Shown one piece after another: positions 1 through 10,330 of a DNA stretch of 64,000 bases. The first letter of the stretch is position 1, and the number at the start of each line of letters is the position of its first letter. The notes beneath the pieces are model-generated. The model was given only the letters and a program-made list of their open reading frames with translations, did not search any database and was not told the DNA's origin. The position numbers were made by a program, and so were the translations under genes. Origin of the DNA: Candidatus Edwardsbacteria bacterium RifOxyA12_full_54_48 (GTDB lineage: Bacteria > Edwardsbacteria > AC1 > EtOH8). The DNA lies in contig MFFN01000004.1 in NCBI GenBank assembly GCA_001777915.1, positions 425,744 through 489,743 on the forward strand, in the 5' to 3' direction.

Positions 1-1
1 C

Positions 2-439
2 CGGGCCAACGGCGGGACTTTGCGCAACATCTCCACCCTGTGGAGCCTGCGTCCCCACACCGGCGATATCTGGACCGTTCACTGTTCCGGGCCCACCACT
101 CCGTCCGAAGGAGCCGTGGCCACCTTCATCCTGACCCCGGCGGTGCCCGACGACGGCCTGGCCCATCTGCTGCAGAACTTCCCCAACCCATTCGGAACCT
201 CCGGCACCAAAATTCATTACCAGGTCAGCGGTTCCGGCGCCGAGGTGAACCTCAAGGTCTACAACATAACCGGGCAGCTGGTTAAGGCCCTGGTCAGCGG
301 ATATAGGGCCCCGGGATATTACCAGGCCGTCTGGAACGGCCGGTCCGAGAACGGCCACAGAGTCTCAGCCGGCATATATATCTACCGCCTGGAGACGGCG
401 GGAAAGGCCGTCTCCAGAAGAATGATACTGATAAAATAA
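2..439 (+). CDS. 3' fragment (5' end cut by window edge) of a secreted protein ending in a Por_Secre_tail / T9SS-type (FlgD-Ig-like) C-terminal sorting domain; paralog of the next gene
   Basis: Frame is open from base 2. The tail ...NGGTLRNISTLWSLRPHTGDIWTVHCSGP...FPNPFGTSG...VYNITGQLV...GIYIYRLETAGKAVSRRMILIK matches the tail of the 476..3562 product (NGGTLRRMVWSQRPHTGDVWTVHCPGP...VPNPYL...IYNLAGDLI...GVFIYQIDA...AVIK). Confidence 0.6.
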   Translation, partial: RANGGTLRNISTLWSLRPHTGDIWTVHCSGPTTPSEGAVATFILTPAVPDDGLAHLLQNFPNPFGTSGTKIHYQVSGSGAEVNLKVYNITGQLVKALVSGYRAPGYYQAVWNGRSENGHRVSAGIYIYRLETAGKAVSRRMILIK

Positions 440-475
440 CCCAGACCCATATACAAAATTTATTGCGAGTCGTCC

Positions 476-3400
476 ATGAAAAGATCCATTCTTGCCCTCA
501 CGCTCTTGGCTCTGCTGCCCGCCGCCCAGGCATCCCTGGCCGCCCTGCCGGCCGGAAAACCACTGCCGGCCGGAAAATCGCTGTCCGCCCGGGTGCTCGA
601 CGCCAACGCCTGGGAGATCTGGACCTCCAACTACGGCCCCTTTGTCAATCCCACCATCGGGCCAGGAGGCTTCTGGCCCAAGGGCTCCGGACACAGTTAT
701 ATCTTCGGCGCCGGCCTGTGGGTGGGGGCCATCGATGCCAGCAACAGCAAGGTCGTGTCGGTGGGATACAACACCAGCAGCGGAGGCCACGAATTCGGGC
801 CGGAGCCCTGGGAATCCTATCTGACCGACCCCCGGGCCAGGGTCTACCTGTCCACCGACCTGCTCGACCTGGCCGAATGGCCGCTGGTGGCCGACGGCAA
901 AAAAGTGATCCGCTCGGTCCAGGACAGCTATTGCCGGTACAGCGATCTCAACCCCGCCTTCACCAGCCTGGGCGACAAGCAGCTTAAAGTGCAGGTCGAG
1001 CAGTTCTCCTATTCCTGGAATTACGCCGACAACAACGATATCGTCTTCTTCTACTTCAAGGTCAGGAACCGGAGCGGCACCACCCTCCGGAATGTCTATC
1101 TCGGACCGGCGGTGGATTCCGATATCGGCTATGATCCCTGGGATGACCTGGTGGCCTTCGATTACCTCCGCAACCTGGCCATGCAGTTCCAGAACCTGCC
1201 CCAGCCGGGCTGGGACCAGACCGGGGTGGTGGGTTTCCGCTTTTTGGAAAGCCCCGTCAACAACACCGGGAGCACCGTCAGCGTCATCGACAACCAGTTC
1301 TCCCATTACATCCCCTCCGGCGATCCTTTGGGGATGACGGCCTTTAAAACATTCACCTCGGAGCATGAGCCGACCACGGACGATGAGCGCTACCTGGAGC
1401 TTTGCGGCATCAACTTCTGGGACATGACGGGCGACGCCTACGACGAGCTGACCGATTACTACGGCGACAAGCGCTTCCTGATGTCCAGCGGGCCCTTCAA
1501 CCTGGGGCCCGATGCCGTCTGCGCCACCTGCCTCGGGATCATCGCCGCTTCGGACACCCTGGCGGTAAAGATCGCTTCGGACGTGGCCCAGATGATATAT
1601 GATAACGACTTTGCCCTGGCCAACACTCCAGCCGCCCCCGTCCTGACGGTCGCCCCGGGCGACAAACACGTGATCATCGGCTGGGACCGCCGGGCCGAGA
1701 CCACTCCCGACCCCTACTGGCAGGGCATGCCCGACAGCATGGGCTGGTATGCCTACTTCCCCGGCACCTGGGAGTGGCTGATGCCCTCCAGCCGGCTGCT
1801 GGTGGATTCGTTCAAGGTCAGGCTCAGCGACACCAGTTCGCTTAAAATGCCCCGGGGCGGGGCCAATCCAGGGACCGACACCCTGATGGCCCGCTACAAC
1901 CAGAGAAGCCTGTATGTCCGGTACGATTTTCAGGGCTATCTGGTCTATCGGGCCCGCCGCCTGGACGACCTGGCCTATCCCGGCCAGCGGGAGCCGGTGG
2001 GCACATTCTACACCGACCCGGACACCGGCTTGATCGACAGCACCCTGAGCTACGGAGGGGGCGCCGGTTATTGCTACGACAAGGTGGACGGAATCAAGAT
2101 CGTCATCGACCTGGTCCCCAACATCACTTATCTGCCCTGGACTTCTTATACCAGCCCCAGGCTGGACACCCTGGGTACCGACCGCGGCCTGGTCTACAGC
2201 CTGCGGGATGAAAATGTGATCAACGGCTTCGGCTGGTACTACGGGGTGGCGGCCTATGATTATCAGCCCAACGTCTACTTCACCCGCAAATGCCCCACCA
2301 CTCTCAGCAGCAGCCCTGTCGAGAACGCCGTCTATGCAGTGGCCCGGAAGCCCTTGGCCGACTACCGGGCCCCGGCGGTCAGCTATACCGTCACCGGCGG
2401 CTCGGACATCAGGACCGGAGGAACGGTCGATTACGAGTACACCTTGACCCTGGTGCCCAAGAAGGTCAACAACGATACCTTTCGGCTGGTATGGGGTCCG
2501 GTCACCAAGGCCGGCATCGCCGGGATAAACTACCCGGTATATCATGCCGAGCTGTACGACCGGCGCCTGGACAACCTGGGGGTCCCGGCCGACAGCATAC
2601 TGCAGTCCATAAACTTCCGGCCAGCCTATGGTGTTCTGGGCAGCGATCCGGCGGCCACCTTTCACGGAAACCTGGGAGACCAGATCCCCTTCGGTGGGGT
2701 GGTGTTCAACGCCAGCTACAAATTCGACCCGGCGCTGGCTAAGGTGGACACGGTATCGGTCACCGGCACCTATCCGGCCGACAGCATCTGGTGCCAGGTC
2801 CAGGGCAGCTCTTTGTTCACCGCCACTGCCAATGCTTGGCAATGGCGGGGAGCGGACTATGAGATCAGATGGAAGGATACCACGGTGGCCGCCAGGGCCT
2901 GCCTGACCGCTTCGGTTTGGGACCTGACCAACAACTGGGAGGTGCCCCTGGAATCCGGCATGACCAAGGCCAGCATGACCCAGTCCTCCTGGTGTTTCAA
3001 CGCCACCGCCAACATCTGCACCACTTATGTTGACAGCGCCATGAGCACCGCCTATCACAGCCTCTACCTGGCCGGGATCTCTTTATTCTTCAACCGCCGC
3101 AACGGGGGCACCCTGAGAAGGATGGTTTGGAGCCAGCGGCCGCACACCGGCGATGTCTGGACGGTACACTGCCCCGGGCCCGGCAACCCGGTTCAGGGCG
3201 GAACGGTGACCTTCATCACCACCCAGGCCTCCCAGAAAGCGGTCCTTTCGGCCAGCCTGCTGGACAGCATCAAGGTGGTGCCCAACCCCTACTTGGTGCG
3301 GGCCGGCTGGGATGTCAGCGGCAATTATCCCAAGCTCCATTTCGTCAACCTGCCGGCCAGGTGCACCATCCGGATCTACAACCTGGCCGGTGACCTGATC

Positions 3401-3562
3401 CGGGTGCTCAACCACCAGTCCACCTTTAATGACAACAACGGCACCGAGCGCTGGGATATCCTTTCCACTTACGATGAACGTCCCGCCAGCGGGGTGTTCA
3501 TTTACCAGATTGATGCGCCGGGCATCGGCACCAAGCTGGGCAAATTCGCGGTGATCAAGTAG
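476..3562 (+). CDS. Large secreted protein (1028 aa) of unknown function with N-terminal signal peptide and T9SS-type C-terminal sorting domain
   Basis: Signal peptide MKRSILALTLLALLPAAQASLA. The C-terminal ~90 aa carry the PNP...IYNLAGDLIRVL...GVFIYQIDA...K pattern of Por_Secre_tail. Long ORF with normal amino-acid composition. The reverse-strand ORF 365..3058 is a GC shadow. Confidence 0.7.
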   Translation: MKRSILALTLLALLPAAQASLAALPAGKPLPAGKSLSARVLDANAWEIWTSNYGPFVNPTIGPGGFWPKGSGHSYIFGAGLWVGAIDASNSKVVSVGYNTSSGGHEFGPEPWESYLTDPRARVYLSTDLLDLAEWPLVADGKKVIRSVQDSYCRYSDLNPAFTSLGDKQLKVQVEQFSYSWNYADNNDIVFFYFKVRNRSGTTLRNVYLGPAVDSDIGYDPWDDLVAFDYLRNLAMQFQNLPQPGWDQTGVVGFRFLESPVNNTGSTVSVIDNQFSHYIPSGDPLGMTAFKTFTSEHEPTTDDERYLELCGINFWDMTGDAYDELTDYYGDKRFLMSSGPFNLGPDAVCATCLGIIAASDTLAVKIASDVAQMIYDNDFALANTPAAPVLTVAPGDKHVIIGWDRRAETTPDPYWQGMPDSMGWYAYFPGTWEWLMPSSRLLVDSFKVRLSDTSSLKMPRGGANPGTDTLMARYNQRSLYVRYDFQGYLVYRARRLDDLAYPGQREPVGTFYTDPDTGLIDSTLSYGGGAGYCYDKVDGIKIVIDLVPNITYLPWTSYTSPRLDTLGTDRGLVYSLRDENVINGFGWYYGVAAYDYQPNVYFTRKCPTTLSSSPVENAVYAVARKPLADYRAPAVSYTVTGGSDIRTGGTVDYEYTLTLVPKKVNNDTFRLVWGPVTKAGIAGINYPVYHAELYDRRLDNLGVPADSILQSINFRPAYGVLGSDPAATFHGNLGDQIPFGGVVFNASYKFDPALAKVDTVSVTGTYPADSIWCQVQGSSLFTATANAWQWRGADYEIRWKDTTVAARACLTASVWDLTNNWEVPLESGMTKASMTQSSWCFNATANICTTYVDSAMSTAYHSLYLAGISLFFNRRNGGTLRRMVWSQRPHTGDVWTVHCPGPGNPVQGGTVTFITTQASQKAVLSASLLDSIKVVPNPYLVRAGWDVSGNYPKLHFVNLPARCTIRIYNLAGDLIRVLNHQSTFNDNNGTERWDILSTYDERPASGVFIYQIDAPGIGTKLGKFAVIK

Positions 3563-3570
3563 CGCTCCGA

Positions 3571-3604
3571 AAAAGCCCCGCTTCAACGGCGGGGCTTTTC
3601 ATTT
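3571..3604 (+). terminator. Rho-independent terminator
   Basis: GC stem GCCCCGC / GCGGGGC around a 7-nt loop, followed by a TTTTCATTT run, immediately after the stop of 476..3562. Confidence 0.6.
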
Positions 3605-3665
3605 GCATTCGGTCGGCAAAAATGGTATCCTTACTCTCGTTCAAAGATCAAAGGATTTTTAATTT

Positions 3666-4883
3666 ATGTCAGTATTCGAGGTCCTGAAAGAGCGGGGCTT
3701 CATCCAGCAGATGACCCATGAGGATGAGATCCGCCAGCTCCTGGAGAAGGAGAAGGTCACCTTCTACATAGGTTTCGACCCCACCGCCGACAGCCTGACC
3801 GTCGGTCATTTTTTACAGTTGATGGTGATGAGCCATATGCAACGGCACGGCCATAAGCCCATTGCCCTGCTGGGGGGCGGCACCACCATGGTGGGCGACC
3901 CCTCCGGCAAGAGCGACATGCGGAAAATGCTGGGCAAGGAGGACATCGCCCGCAACGCCGAGTGTTTCAAAAAACAAATGGAGAAATTCATTGATTTCTC
4001 CGGCGGCAAGGCCATCATGGCCAACAACGCCGACTGGTTGCTGGGCCTGAATTATGTGGACTTTTTAAGGGAGATCGGATCCCACTTCTCGGTCAACCGG
4101 ATGCTGCAGGCCGAGTGTTTCAAGGCACGATTGGAGCGGGGCCTGACATTCATGGAGTTCAATTACATGGTGATGCAGGGCTATGATTTCCTGGAGCTGT
4201 ACCGCAGACATCACTGCACCCTACAGCTGGGCGGGGACGACCAGTGGTCCAACATCATCGCCGGGGTGGAGCTGGTGCGCAAGATCGAGGCCCGGCCGGT
4301 CTTTGGAATGACCTTTACTTTGCTGACCACCAGCGACGGCAAAAAGATGGGCAAGACCGAAAAGGGCGCCGTCTGGCTGGATCCCCAAAAGACCCCGCCC
4401 TACGATTTTTACCAGTACTGGCGCAACGTGGCCGACAGCGAGGTGAAAAGGTGCCTGGCCCTGCTGACCTTTCTGCCCATGGACCAGGTCAACCGCCTGG
4501 GGGATCTGAGGGACCAGGAGATCAACCAAGCCAAAAAGATACTGGCTTACGAACTGACCAAGATGGTGCACGGAGAGGACGAAGCCCAAAAAGCCCAAAA
4601 GGCCGCCGAAACATTGTTCGAGGGCGGGGCCGATCTGCAGGATGTCCCCACCTCGCCCATAGGCCGGGACCTTCTGGGCAAAAGCATCATCGAGGTTCTT
4701 TTCGCCTGTCAGATCATACCCACCAAGAGCGAGGGCCGCCGGCTCATCGCCCAGGGCGGACTGTATGTGAACTCCGCCAAGGTCGAGAGCATCGACCTGA
4801 AGGTCACCGGCGAATTGTTCCAGGATGGGATGATGATGGTCCGAAAAGGAAAGAAAGGATATCATAAGGTGGTGCTCAAATGA
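3666..4883 (+). CDS. tyrS: Tyrosine--tRNA ligase (class I, with C-terminal S4 domain)
   Basis: N-terminal HIGH-like region ([12 protein letters not shown]), KMSKS-type KMGKT motif, GGDDQW motif, and a C-terminal S4-like [11 protein letters not shown] segment. Length 405 aa. Confidence 0.9.
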   Translation: MSVFEVLKERGFIQQMTHEDEIRQLLEKEKVTFYIGFDPTADSLTVGHFLQLMVMSHMQRHGHKPIALLGGGTTMVGDPSGKSDMRKMLGKEDIARNAECFKKQMEKFIDFSGGKAIMANNADWLLGLNYVDFLREIGSHFSVNRMLQAECFKARLERGLTFMEFNYMVMQGYDFLELYRRHHCTLQLGGDDQWSNIIAGVELVRKIEARPVFGMTFTLLTTSDGKKMGKTEKGAVWLDPQKTPPYDFYQYWRNVADSEVKRCLALLTFLPMDQVNRLGDLRDQEINQAKKILAYELTKMVHGEDEAQKAQKAAETLFEGGADLQDVPTSPIGRDLLGKSIIEVLFACQIIPTKSEGRRLIAQGGLYVNSAKVESIDLKVTGELFQDGMMMVRKGKKGYHKVVLK

Positions 4884-5629
4884 ACCAGACCAAGGCCCGG
4901 TTGAACAAATATCTCTCCATGTGCGGCGCGGCCTCCCGCCGCAAGGCCGACGAGATGATATCCCGCGGACAGGTGCGGGTCAACGACAAAGTGGCCGACC
5001 AGCTGGGCACGGTGATAGACATCTACAACGATATCGTCACCGTCGGCGGAAAAACCTTGCGCCTGCCGCAGCGGGTCGGTTACTTCATCTTCAACAAACC
5101 GGCCGGCTGCCTCTGCTCCAGGGGCGACCCCGAGGGAAGAAAGACCATTTACGACCTGCTCCCCCCTAACCTGAGAAAACTGAAATACGTGGGACGGCTG
5201 GACAAGGACACCGAGGGGCTGTTGCTGCTGACCGACGACGGGGACATGATAGAGTACCTCACCCACCCCCGCAACGAGATCCCCCGGACCTATCAGGCCC
5301 TGGTCCGGTGGATCCTGCGGGACAGCGATGTTGAGCCTTTAAGAAAAGGGGTTGATTACCTGGGGGAATCCTACCATCCGGCCCAGGTTAAGATCCTGTC
5401 TATCGACCGGCCCAAGAACAACACCCTGCTGGAGATCACCATCAAGGAGGGGAAGAAGCGCGAGGTGCGGATGATGCTTCGGGCCCTCAACCTTCATGTG
5501 GACCATCTGAAGAGGGTTGCCTTCGGGCCGCTGAGGCTGGACAATACTCCGGTCGGCCAGCACCGGCCCTGCAAGCCCAACGAATTGGAACGGCTCAGGA
5601 AGATCTCCAAGATAAAAGCCCCGCTGTAA
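4880..5629 (+). CDS. RsuA/RluB-family pseudouridine synthase with N-terminal S4 domain
   Basis: S4 RNA-binding N-terminus ([28 protein letters not shown]). Catalytic Asp motif [21 protein letters not shown] start/stop overlap with tyrS indicates an operon. Confidence 0.85.
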   Translation: MNQTKARLNKYLSMCGAASRRKADEMISRGQVRVNDKVADQLGTVIDIYNDIVTVGGKTLRLPQRVGYFIFNKPAGCLCSRGDPEGRKTIYDLLPPNLRKLKYVGRLDKDTEGLLLLTDDGDMIEYLTHPRNEIPRTYQALVRWILRDSDVEPLRKGVDYLGESYHPAQVKILSIDRPKNNTLLEITIKEGKKREVRMMLRALNLHVDHLKRVAFGPLRLDNTPVGQHRPCKPNELERLRKISKIKAPL

Positions 5630-5650
5630 GGCGGGGCTTTTGCTTTTTTA
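5614..5650 (+). terminator. Rho-independent terminator (overlaps the stop codon of the pseudouridine synthase)
   Basis: AGCCCCGC tgtaag GCGGGGCT hairpin followed by TTTGCTTTTTT. Confidence 0.65.
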
Positions 5651-5666
5651 AGATCGAGCCGGAGAT

Positions 5667-7523
5667 CTACCGGGCCGGCTGGGCCGCTGCCAGGGGCGTT
5701 ATCTCGAAATGGTCGCCGCTGAAATCCTGGCAGTTGACGGGAACCTTGATGCCTTCTTTTCTGGCCTCCTCGGCGAATTCGCGGTAGGCCTGGCCGCCAT
5801 CCCCGGCATGCATCGGGAATACCGCCCGGGGCCGCAGTTTCTCCATGGCGTAGAATGCCCCCATCCGCACCGCCACCACATCGCCGAAGTTACAGCCGGT
5901 CACCGGCATGAACATTATGTCGATGGGACGGCCCAGCCCGGCCATAAAATCGATCTCCTCCTTGTATGGTCCGGAAAAATCCCTCTTGCGGTTGGCATGG
6001 TCGCCCGGATGGCAGATGGTGACCCCGTCGACCGTCACCAAAAATCCCTGTCCGCTGTCATTGGATTCGATGGTGGTGATCTCGGCCCCGCCGATGCTCC
6101 GGCTCTCACGGGAGGCCAACTGGGTGAATCCCTCCTTGTCCCGGGGCGCGAATCCCATCACGTAGGTAATGTCGCTCAGGTCCTTTCTCCAGTCGAATAT
6201 GGCCGGCATGTAGTGGTCGCCATGAACATGGGAGGCGAAAACAATCACTTTGACCCCTTTTAGTTCTTCCGGCAAAATGGAGCCGTTGGCCAGACCCGGG
6301 CTGTCGGGCAGGCGGCCGTTTTTGAAATAGTCGAACACCAGCAGATGACCGCTGGTCCTGACGGCCCATCCGCTGTGCCCCAGGTACCAAACCGCTGCCT
6401 GGCCGTTTTTCAGCGGCTTGGACATCGGAGCGATCAGGCCCTCTTTCACCGCCTGCTTGCTTCCCTTGGCCCCTTTTGTCTTTAGCAGCGTTGCGCAGGC
6501 GGTCTGGCCGTATTGAATGGCATAATCGAGCGCCGTCTTGCCATCTTTGTCCTTGGCGTTGACCGCCACCCCCTTCTCCATCAGCAGGCCGGCAACATCG
6601 CCGTAGCCTTTGATGACAGCGTAATGGAGCAGGTTCCGCCGCTCGTTCCCATACTGCCCGTCAACGCGCGCACCTGACCCGATGAGCTCGGCGGCCAGGG
6701 CCAGATTCCCGCAGTTGACGGCCATGAACAACGGGGTCTGGCCAGCGGCGGTGACAGCATTGACATCGGCCCCTCGTGCGATCAGTGCCCGGGCGCCGGC
6801 GGTGTTTCCCTGGAGGCAGGCATTGTGGAGCGGGGTCCGGTCGCCGTCGGTCTTCTGGTCGACCGGTACGCCGTGGTCCGCCAGAAAGTCGATCAGATCC
6901 TTGCCGGCTTCCCAGGCTGCCGTGTGCATCAGGGTCCAGCTGGCGGGAAATTGGTTCCGCGGGTTCATCTTGGTTGTTGCTCCAAGTCGGATCAGTAATT
7001 TGACCGCCTCGGGCTGCCGCCGCTCCATAGCCAGCGAAACCACCGTATTCCCCACCCGGCTTAAGGAGTCGTTGACATCCGCTCCCTGGGAGACCAGAAA
7101 TTCGACCATAGGCAGTCGTCCCAGGGCTGCAGCGTAATACAAAGGTGTTTCATTGTCGCTTTCCCTGGCATTAAGATCGGCTTTTTGGGACAACAGAAAC
7201 TTGGCCACCTCTAGGTGGCCGTTCCCGGCGGCAAAATGAAGCGGCGTCAATTGGTAACTGGTATCGCGTTCAGTTACGGAAGCACCCTTTTTCATCAAAT
7301 ATTTGACGATATCCAACTTCCCCTCAAAGCAGGCTGTATGAAGGGGCAGGCGGCCTCGGGCATTGGGAACCTTTATGGCGGTTTTATCTTTTTCCACGAT
7401 CTTCTTCACCGCCGTCAGGTCGCCGGCCTGTATTGCGGCATGAATATCGGTTTCAAGCGCCATCGTTGTCGCTATAGTTTGTATCAGCAGCAGCCAGAGC
7501 AGGGAAAAAATAGCTTTTTTCAT
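5667..7523 (-). CDS. Secreted ankyrin-repeat protein fused to a C-terminal metallo-beta-lactamase-fold domain
   Basis: Signal peptide MKKAIFSLLWLLLIQTIATTMA. At least 8 ankyrin-type repeats (TPLH.A...G....V..LL..GA.VN pattern). C-terminal MBL-fold motifs (HSGWAV...HVHGDHY...D...H). Confidence 0.7.
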   Translation of the reverse strand: MKKAIFSLLWLLLIQTIATTMALETDIHAAIQAGDLTAVKKIVEKDKTAIKVPNARGRLPLHTACFEGKLDIVKYLMKKGASVTERDTSYQLTPLHFAAGNGHLEVAKFLLSQKADLNARESDNETPLYYAAALGRLPMVEFLVSQGADVNDSLSRVGNTVVSLAMERRQPEAVKLLIRLGATTKMNPRNQFPASWTLMHTAAWEAGKDLIDFLADHGVPVDQKTDGDRTPLHNACLQGNTAGARALIARGADVNAVTAAGQTPLFMAVNCGNLALAAELIGSGARVDGQYGNERRNLLHYAVIKGYGDVAGLLMEKGVAVNAKDKDGKTALDYAIQYGQTACATLLKTKGAKGSKQAVKEGLIAPMSKPLKNGQAAVWYLGHSGWAVRTSGHLLVFDYFKNGRLPDSPGLANGSILPEELKGVKVIVFASHVHGDHYMPAIFDWRKDLSDITYVMGFAPRDKEGFTQLASRESRSIGGAEITTIESNDSGQGFLVTVDGVTICHPGDHANRKRDFSGPYKEEIDFMAGLGRPIDIMFMPVTGCNFGDVVAVRMGAFYAMEKLRPRAVFPMHAGDGGQAYREFAEEARKEGIKVPVNCQDFSGDHFEITPLAAAQPAR

Positions 7524-7600
7524 TTCCGATCTCCTAATGGTTTAAATGATGTATGGGATGAGTTCTCAAATCCCCCGGACAATCGCTCTGCGCCCTTCCG

Positions 7601-8914
7601 CTAGCTTTTGGTGGTGACCGAGACCCCTTCGCAAAGCAGTGGCGGGACCCGGGCCCCTTCAAAAGACGGATAAAGCGTATCCCCCACCTCCAGCACGTTG
7701 GCCAGCGTTTCGTAGATGTTGCCGGCCGCCATGGCATTCTTGACCCGGCCCACTATCTGGCCGTTCTCCACGTAAAGGCCGGGGCTGATGCCGATGGAGT
7801 AGTCCCCGTTGGGAATGTTGCCGCTGTGGGCGCCCATCGCCCCTTCGATGATGATGCCGCGGTCCATCTGGGAGATAAGTTTTGCCAGGGACGCGGTCCC
7901 CGGCTTTATAAATAGGTGCCCCAGGAACGGTCCGGGCCTGGTGGTCACAGGGTCACCCCCCCAGATGTCGCCCCGGTAACCGTGGCCGGTTGGGGTGGCG
8001 CCGGTTTTTTCCGCATACTTGAGGTCGTAGAAAAAGTCCTTCAGCACCCCCTGTTCGATCAGGGAAAGTTTCTTGCAGGGCACTCCTTCGTCGTCCCAAG
8101 ACCGGGCGCCGGGGTAGGCATCGTTGAGCGGATCATCGAAGATGCTCAGCTTCGGGCTGAATATTTTCTGCTCCAGCTTCCCGGCAATAGGCGAGATTTT
8201 TTCGTAAAGACTGCGGCCGCTTAAGCCGCTGGCGATGCGCCACAACAGGGTGATCATGCTGTCCGGCATGAACAGCACCTTCATCCGGCCGCCCCTCGGT
8301 TGAACGGTCTTTTGCCCCTTCCCGAACAGGTCCGTCATCTCGGCTATCAGGGAATCCGGCATTTTCCCAATTGACCGGCTCCTGACCTCCCGGCTTATCC
8401 CGCTGCCCGAACCGGGGAAGATTATGGAACTGTATGAGCCGGCCGTGGAATTCCGCTGGCCCAGATCGGCGCCCTTGCTGTTCAGTATCCGCAGGTAATC
8501 CACGCTGACATAAGCGCCGGCCATTATCTCTCCGGCGGCTTTGGCCTTAAGGATCTCGCAGACCCGTTTGGCCTCGTCCACCAGTTGTTCATTGGTCAGC
8601 TTGGCGGCCGCTGGATCACACGTGCCCAGGTCCTTGCCTTCCTTGGTATCCGGCAGGTCGTAATGCGCTTCCACCCCTCCCCGGAGCGAGTCCAGGGCGT
8701 TGTCCAGCAGACCCTGCCGGTCGTTAAGGTTGCGGGTATAGGCAAACCCCAGTTTGCCGTCCTTGATGATCCGCAGCGAGACCCCCGACAGGAAGCTGGT
8801 CCTTATGTCGTACAGCTTGGCATCCTGAAATGACACCGACCTTGCGGTCTGCTCGGCGGAAAACACCTCGGCCTGATCGGCAGCCCTGCCGGCCATTTCC
8901 AAAAGCTTTTCCAT
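7601..8914 (-). CDS. pmbA: TldD/PmbA-family metallopeptidase (PmbA/TldE partner)
   Basis: TldD/PmbA-family C-terminal region (GSIGISPGLYVENGQIVGRVKNAMAAGNIYETL). No HExxxH motif, as expected for the PmbA/TldE partner. Overlaps the tldD stop by 1 nt. Confidence 0.8.
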   Translation of the reverse strand: MEKLLEMAGRAADQAEVFSAEQTARSVSFQDAKLYDIRTSFLSGVSLRIIKDGKLGFAYTRNLNDRQGLLDNALDSLRGGVEAHYDLPDTKEGKDLGTCDPAAAKLTNEQLVDEAKRVCEILKAKAAGEIMAGAYVSVDYLRILNSKGADLGQRNSTAGSYSSIIFPGSGSGISREVRSRSIGKMPDSLIAEMTDLFGKGQKTVQPRGGRMKVLFMPDSMITLLWRIASGLSGRSLYEKISPIAGKLEQKIFSPKLSIFDDPLNDAYPGARSWDDEGVPCKKLSLIEQGVLKDFFYDLKYAEKTGATPTGHGYRGDIWGGDPVTTRPGPFLGHLFIKPGTASLAKLISQMDRGIIIEGAMGAHSGNIPNGDYSIGISPGLYVENGQIVGRVKNAMAAGNIYETLANVLEVGDTLYPSFEGARVPPLLCEGVSVTTKS

Positions 8915-10278
8915 CAGATGCCCCCCACTATCAGGTTATCGATTATTATATGAGGCCCCCCGTTGCAGGAACGGATGTTGCTCTGCCCCTTGCCGCAGCC
9001 GCCGATCTTGGAAAGCTCCAGATCGCTGCCCACGGCGCTGATATCCATCAGCGTCTGATACAGGTTGCCGGAGATGTTTATGTCCCGGACCATCCGGCCG
9101 ATCTTGCCCTGCCTGACCTCGTAACCGTAGTTGGCTCCGAAGGTGAAGTTCTCGCCGGATGTCTGGCCGCCCTTGGCGTCCAAAAGGTAAAGCCCGTCCC
9201 CCATTTCCTGGAGCAGTTCCTCGAACCCTTTCCCCCCGGGCTGGATGTAGATGGTGCCCATCCGGACTATCGGCGCATACCGGTAATCCTCGGCCACGCA
9301 ATGGCCGCTCACGGGTTCCCCGAACTCGGCCGCGGTCCTCCGCGAATGAAGCCGGCCGGCCAGCACCCCGTTCTTGATCAGCTGGACCGGGCGCACCGCC
9401 ACCCCCTCGTCATCGTATTTATAGAACCCGAGCTGTCCGGGACGGGTGGCGTCGTCGATGATGTTGAGCGTCCTGTTCCCCAGCTCGGCCCCCAGTGTCA
9501 TTCTTTCCCTCATGGCCGGCAGTGTTTCCACGATGTCGGCCTCCGAGAAATGGCCGAAGGCTTCGTGGGCAAAGACCCCGGCCAGGCTGGGATTTAGGAT
9601 ACAGCTGTAGGATCCGCTTTTCACCGGCTCGGCCGACAGCAGGTCCAGAACCAATTTGGTCTTTTCTTCAAAATGTCTTTCCTGCCCCCTGATGGCGCCG
9701 AAGCCGTCGCTGCCTCCTATCCCCACCCTGATGTTCTGGGTCAGGCTGCCCTCCCGGGCGGTGATCAGGCCCCGTATGCTGGTGGTCACCAGGTCTTCCT
9801 GGATCCGGCTCCCCTCGCTGTTCAGGTAGAACTTTTTCCGGTAGACCTCGCTGTAGGCAATGCTGGTGTTCACCACCTTGGGCTGGGCCAGCGGGATGTT
9901 GTTGTACCTTCGCATCAACTCCAGCTTTTCCGCCATCGGGATCTGCCGGGGGTCTTCCCCCAGCTTTGGGGAAAAAACATCCCGGACCGCTTCGGCTTTG
10001 GCCATCCGGACCGGTTTTGCCATGTTCCGGCAGAACAATGCTGCGTTCTCCGCCGCCGTTCTGACCGCGGCTTCGGCCTCCTCCGGCCGGGTGAAGGCCA
10101 CCGAGGCCATGCCGCCATGGTCCAGGGCCCGGACCACATATCCGTCGCCGGAATTGGCCGACAGGGTGGTCAGCTCCTTTCCGCTGAAGCCGATGGCGGT
10201 CTCCTTCACCTCTTCGTAGCGGATGTCAACATAGTCAGCCTTGGCTCCGGCCAGCATCTTCTCCAATTTATCGAACAT
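8914..10278 (-). CDS. tldD: Metalloprotease TldD
   Basis: HEAFGH zinc motif. TldD-like length (454 aa) and conserved C-terminal region (GGKGFEEL...GNLYQTLMDISAVGSD). Immediately upstream of pmbA on the same strand. Confidence 0.85.
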   Translation of the reverse strand: MFDKLEKMLAGAKADYVDIRYEEVKETAIGFSGKELTTLSANSGDGYVVRALDHGGMASVAFTRPEEAEAAVRTAAENAALFCRNMAKPVRMAKAEAVRDVFSPKLGEDPRQIPMAEKLELMRRYNNIPLAQPKVVNTSIAYSEVYRKKFYLNSEGSRIQEDLVTTSIRGLITAREGSLTQNIRVGIGGSDGFGAIRGQERHFEEKTKLVLDLLSAEPVKSGSYSCILNPSLAGVFAHEAFGHFSEADIVETLPAMRERMTLGAELGNRTLNIIDDATRPGQLGFYKYDDEGVAVRPVQLIKNGVLAGRLHSRRTAAEFGEPVSGHCVAEDYRYAPIVRMGTIYIQPGGKGFEELLQEMGDGLYLLDAKGGQTSGENFTFGANYGYEVRQGKIGRMVRDINISGNLYQTLMDISAVGSDLELSKIGGCGKGQSNIRSCNGGPHIIIDNLIVGGI

Positions 10279-10330
10279 CGTATCTCCAGTTTAAATGATT
10301 AATGATAAAATATTCCTGGCGCTTTGAAAA

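Noticed and set aside
365-3058. 897-aa reverse-strand ORF overlapping the 476..3562 gene. Similar long antisense ORFs occur at 4221..4865, 39604..40950, 42545..43387, 44489..45442, 47132..47926, 48837..49733, 55438..56505, 56818..57744 and 57818..58522.
   Set aside because: Gly/Arg/Pro/Ala-rich low-complexity translations typical of stop-poor antisense frames in ~60% GC DNA. Each lies wholly inside a well-supported forward gene with recognisable motifs.
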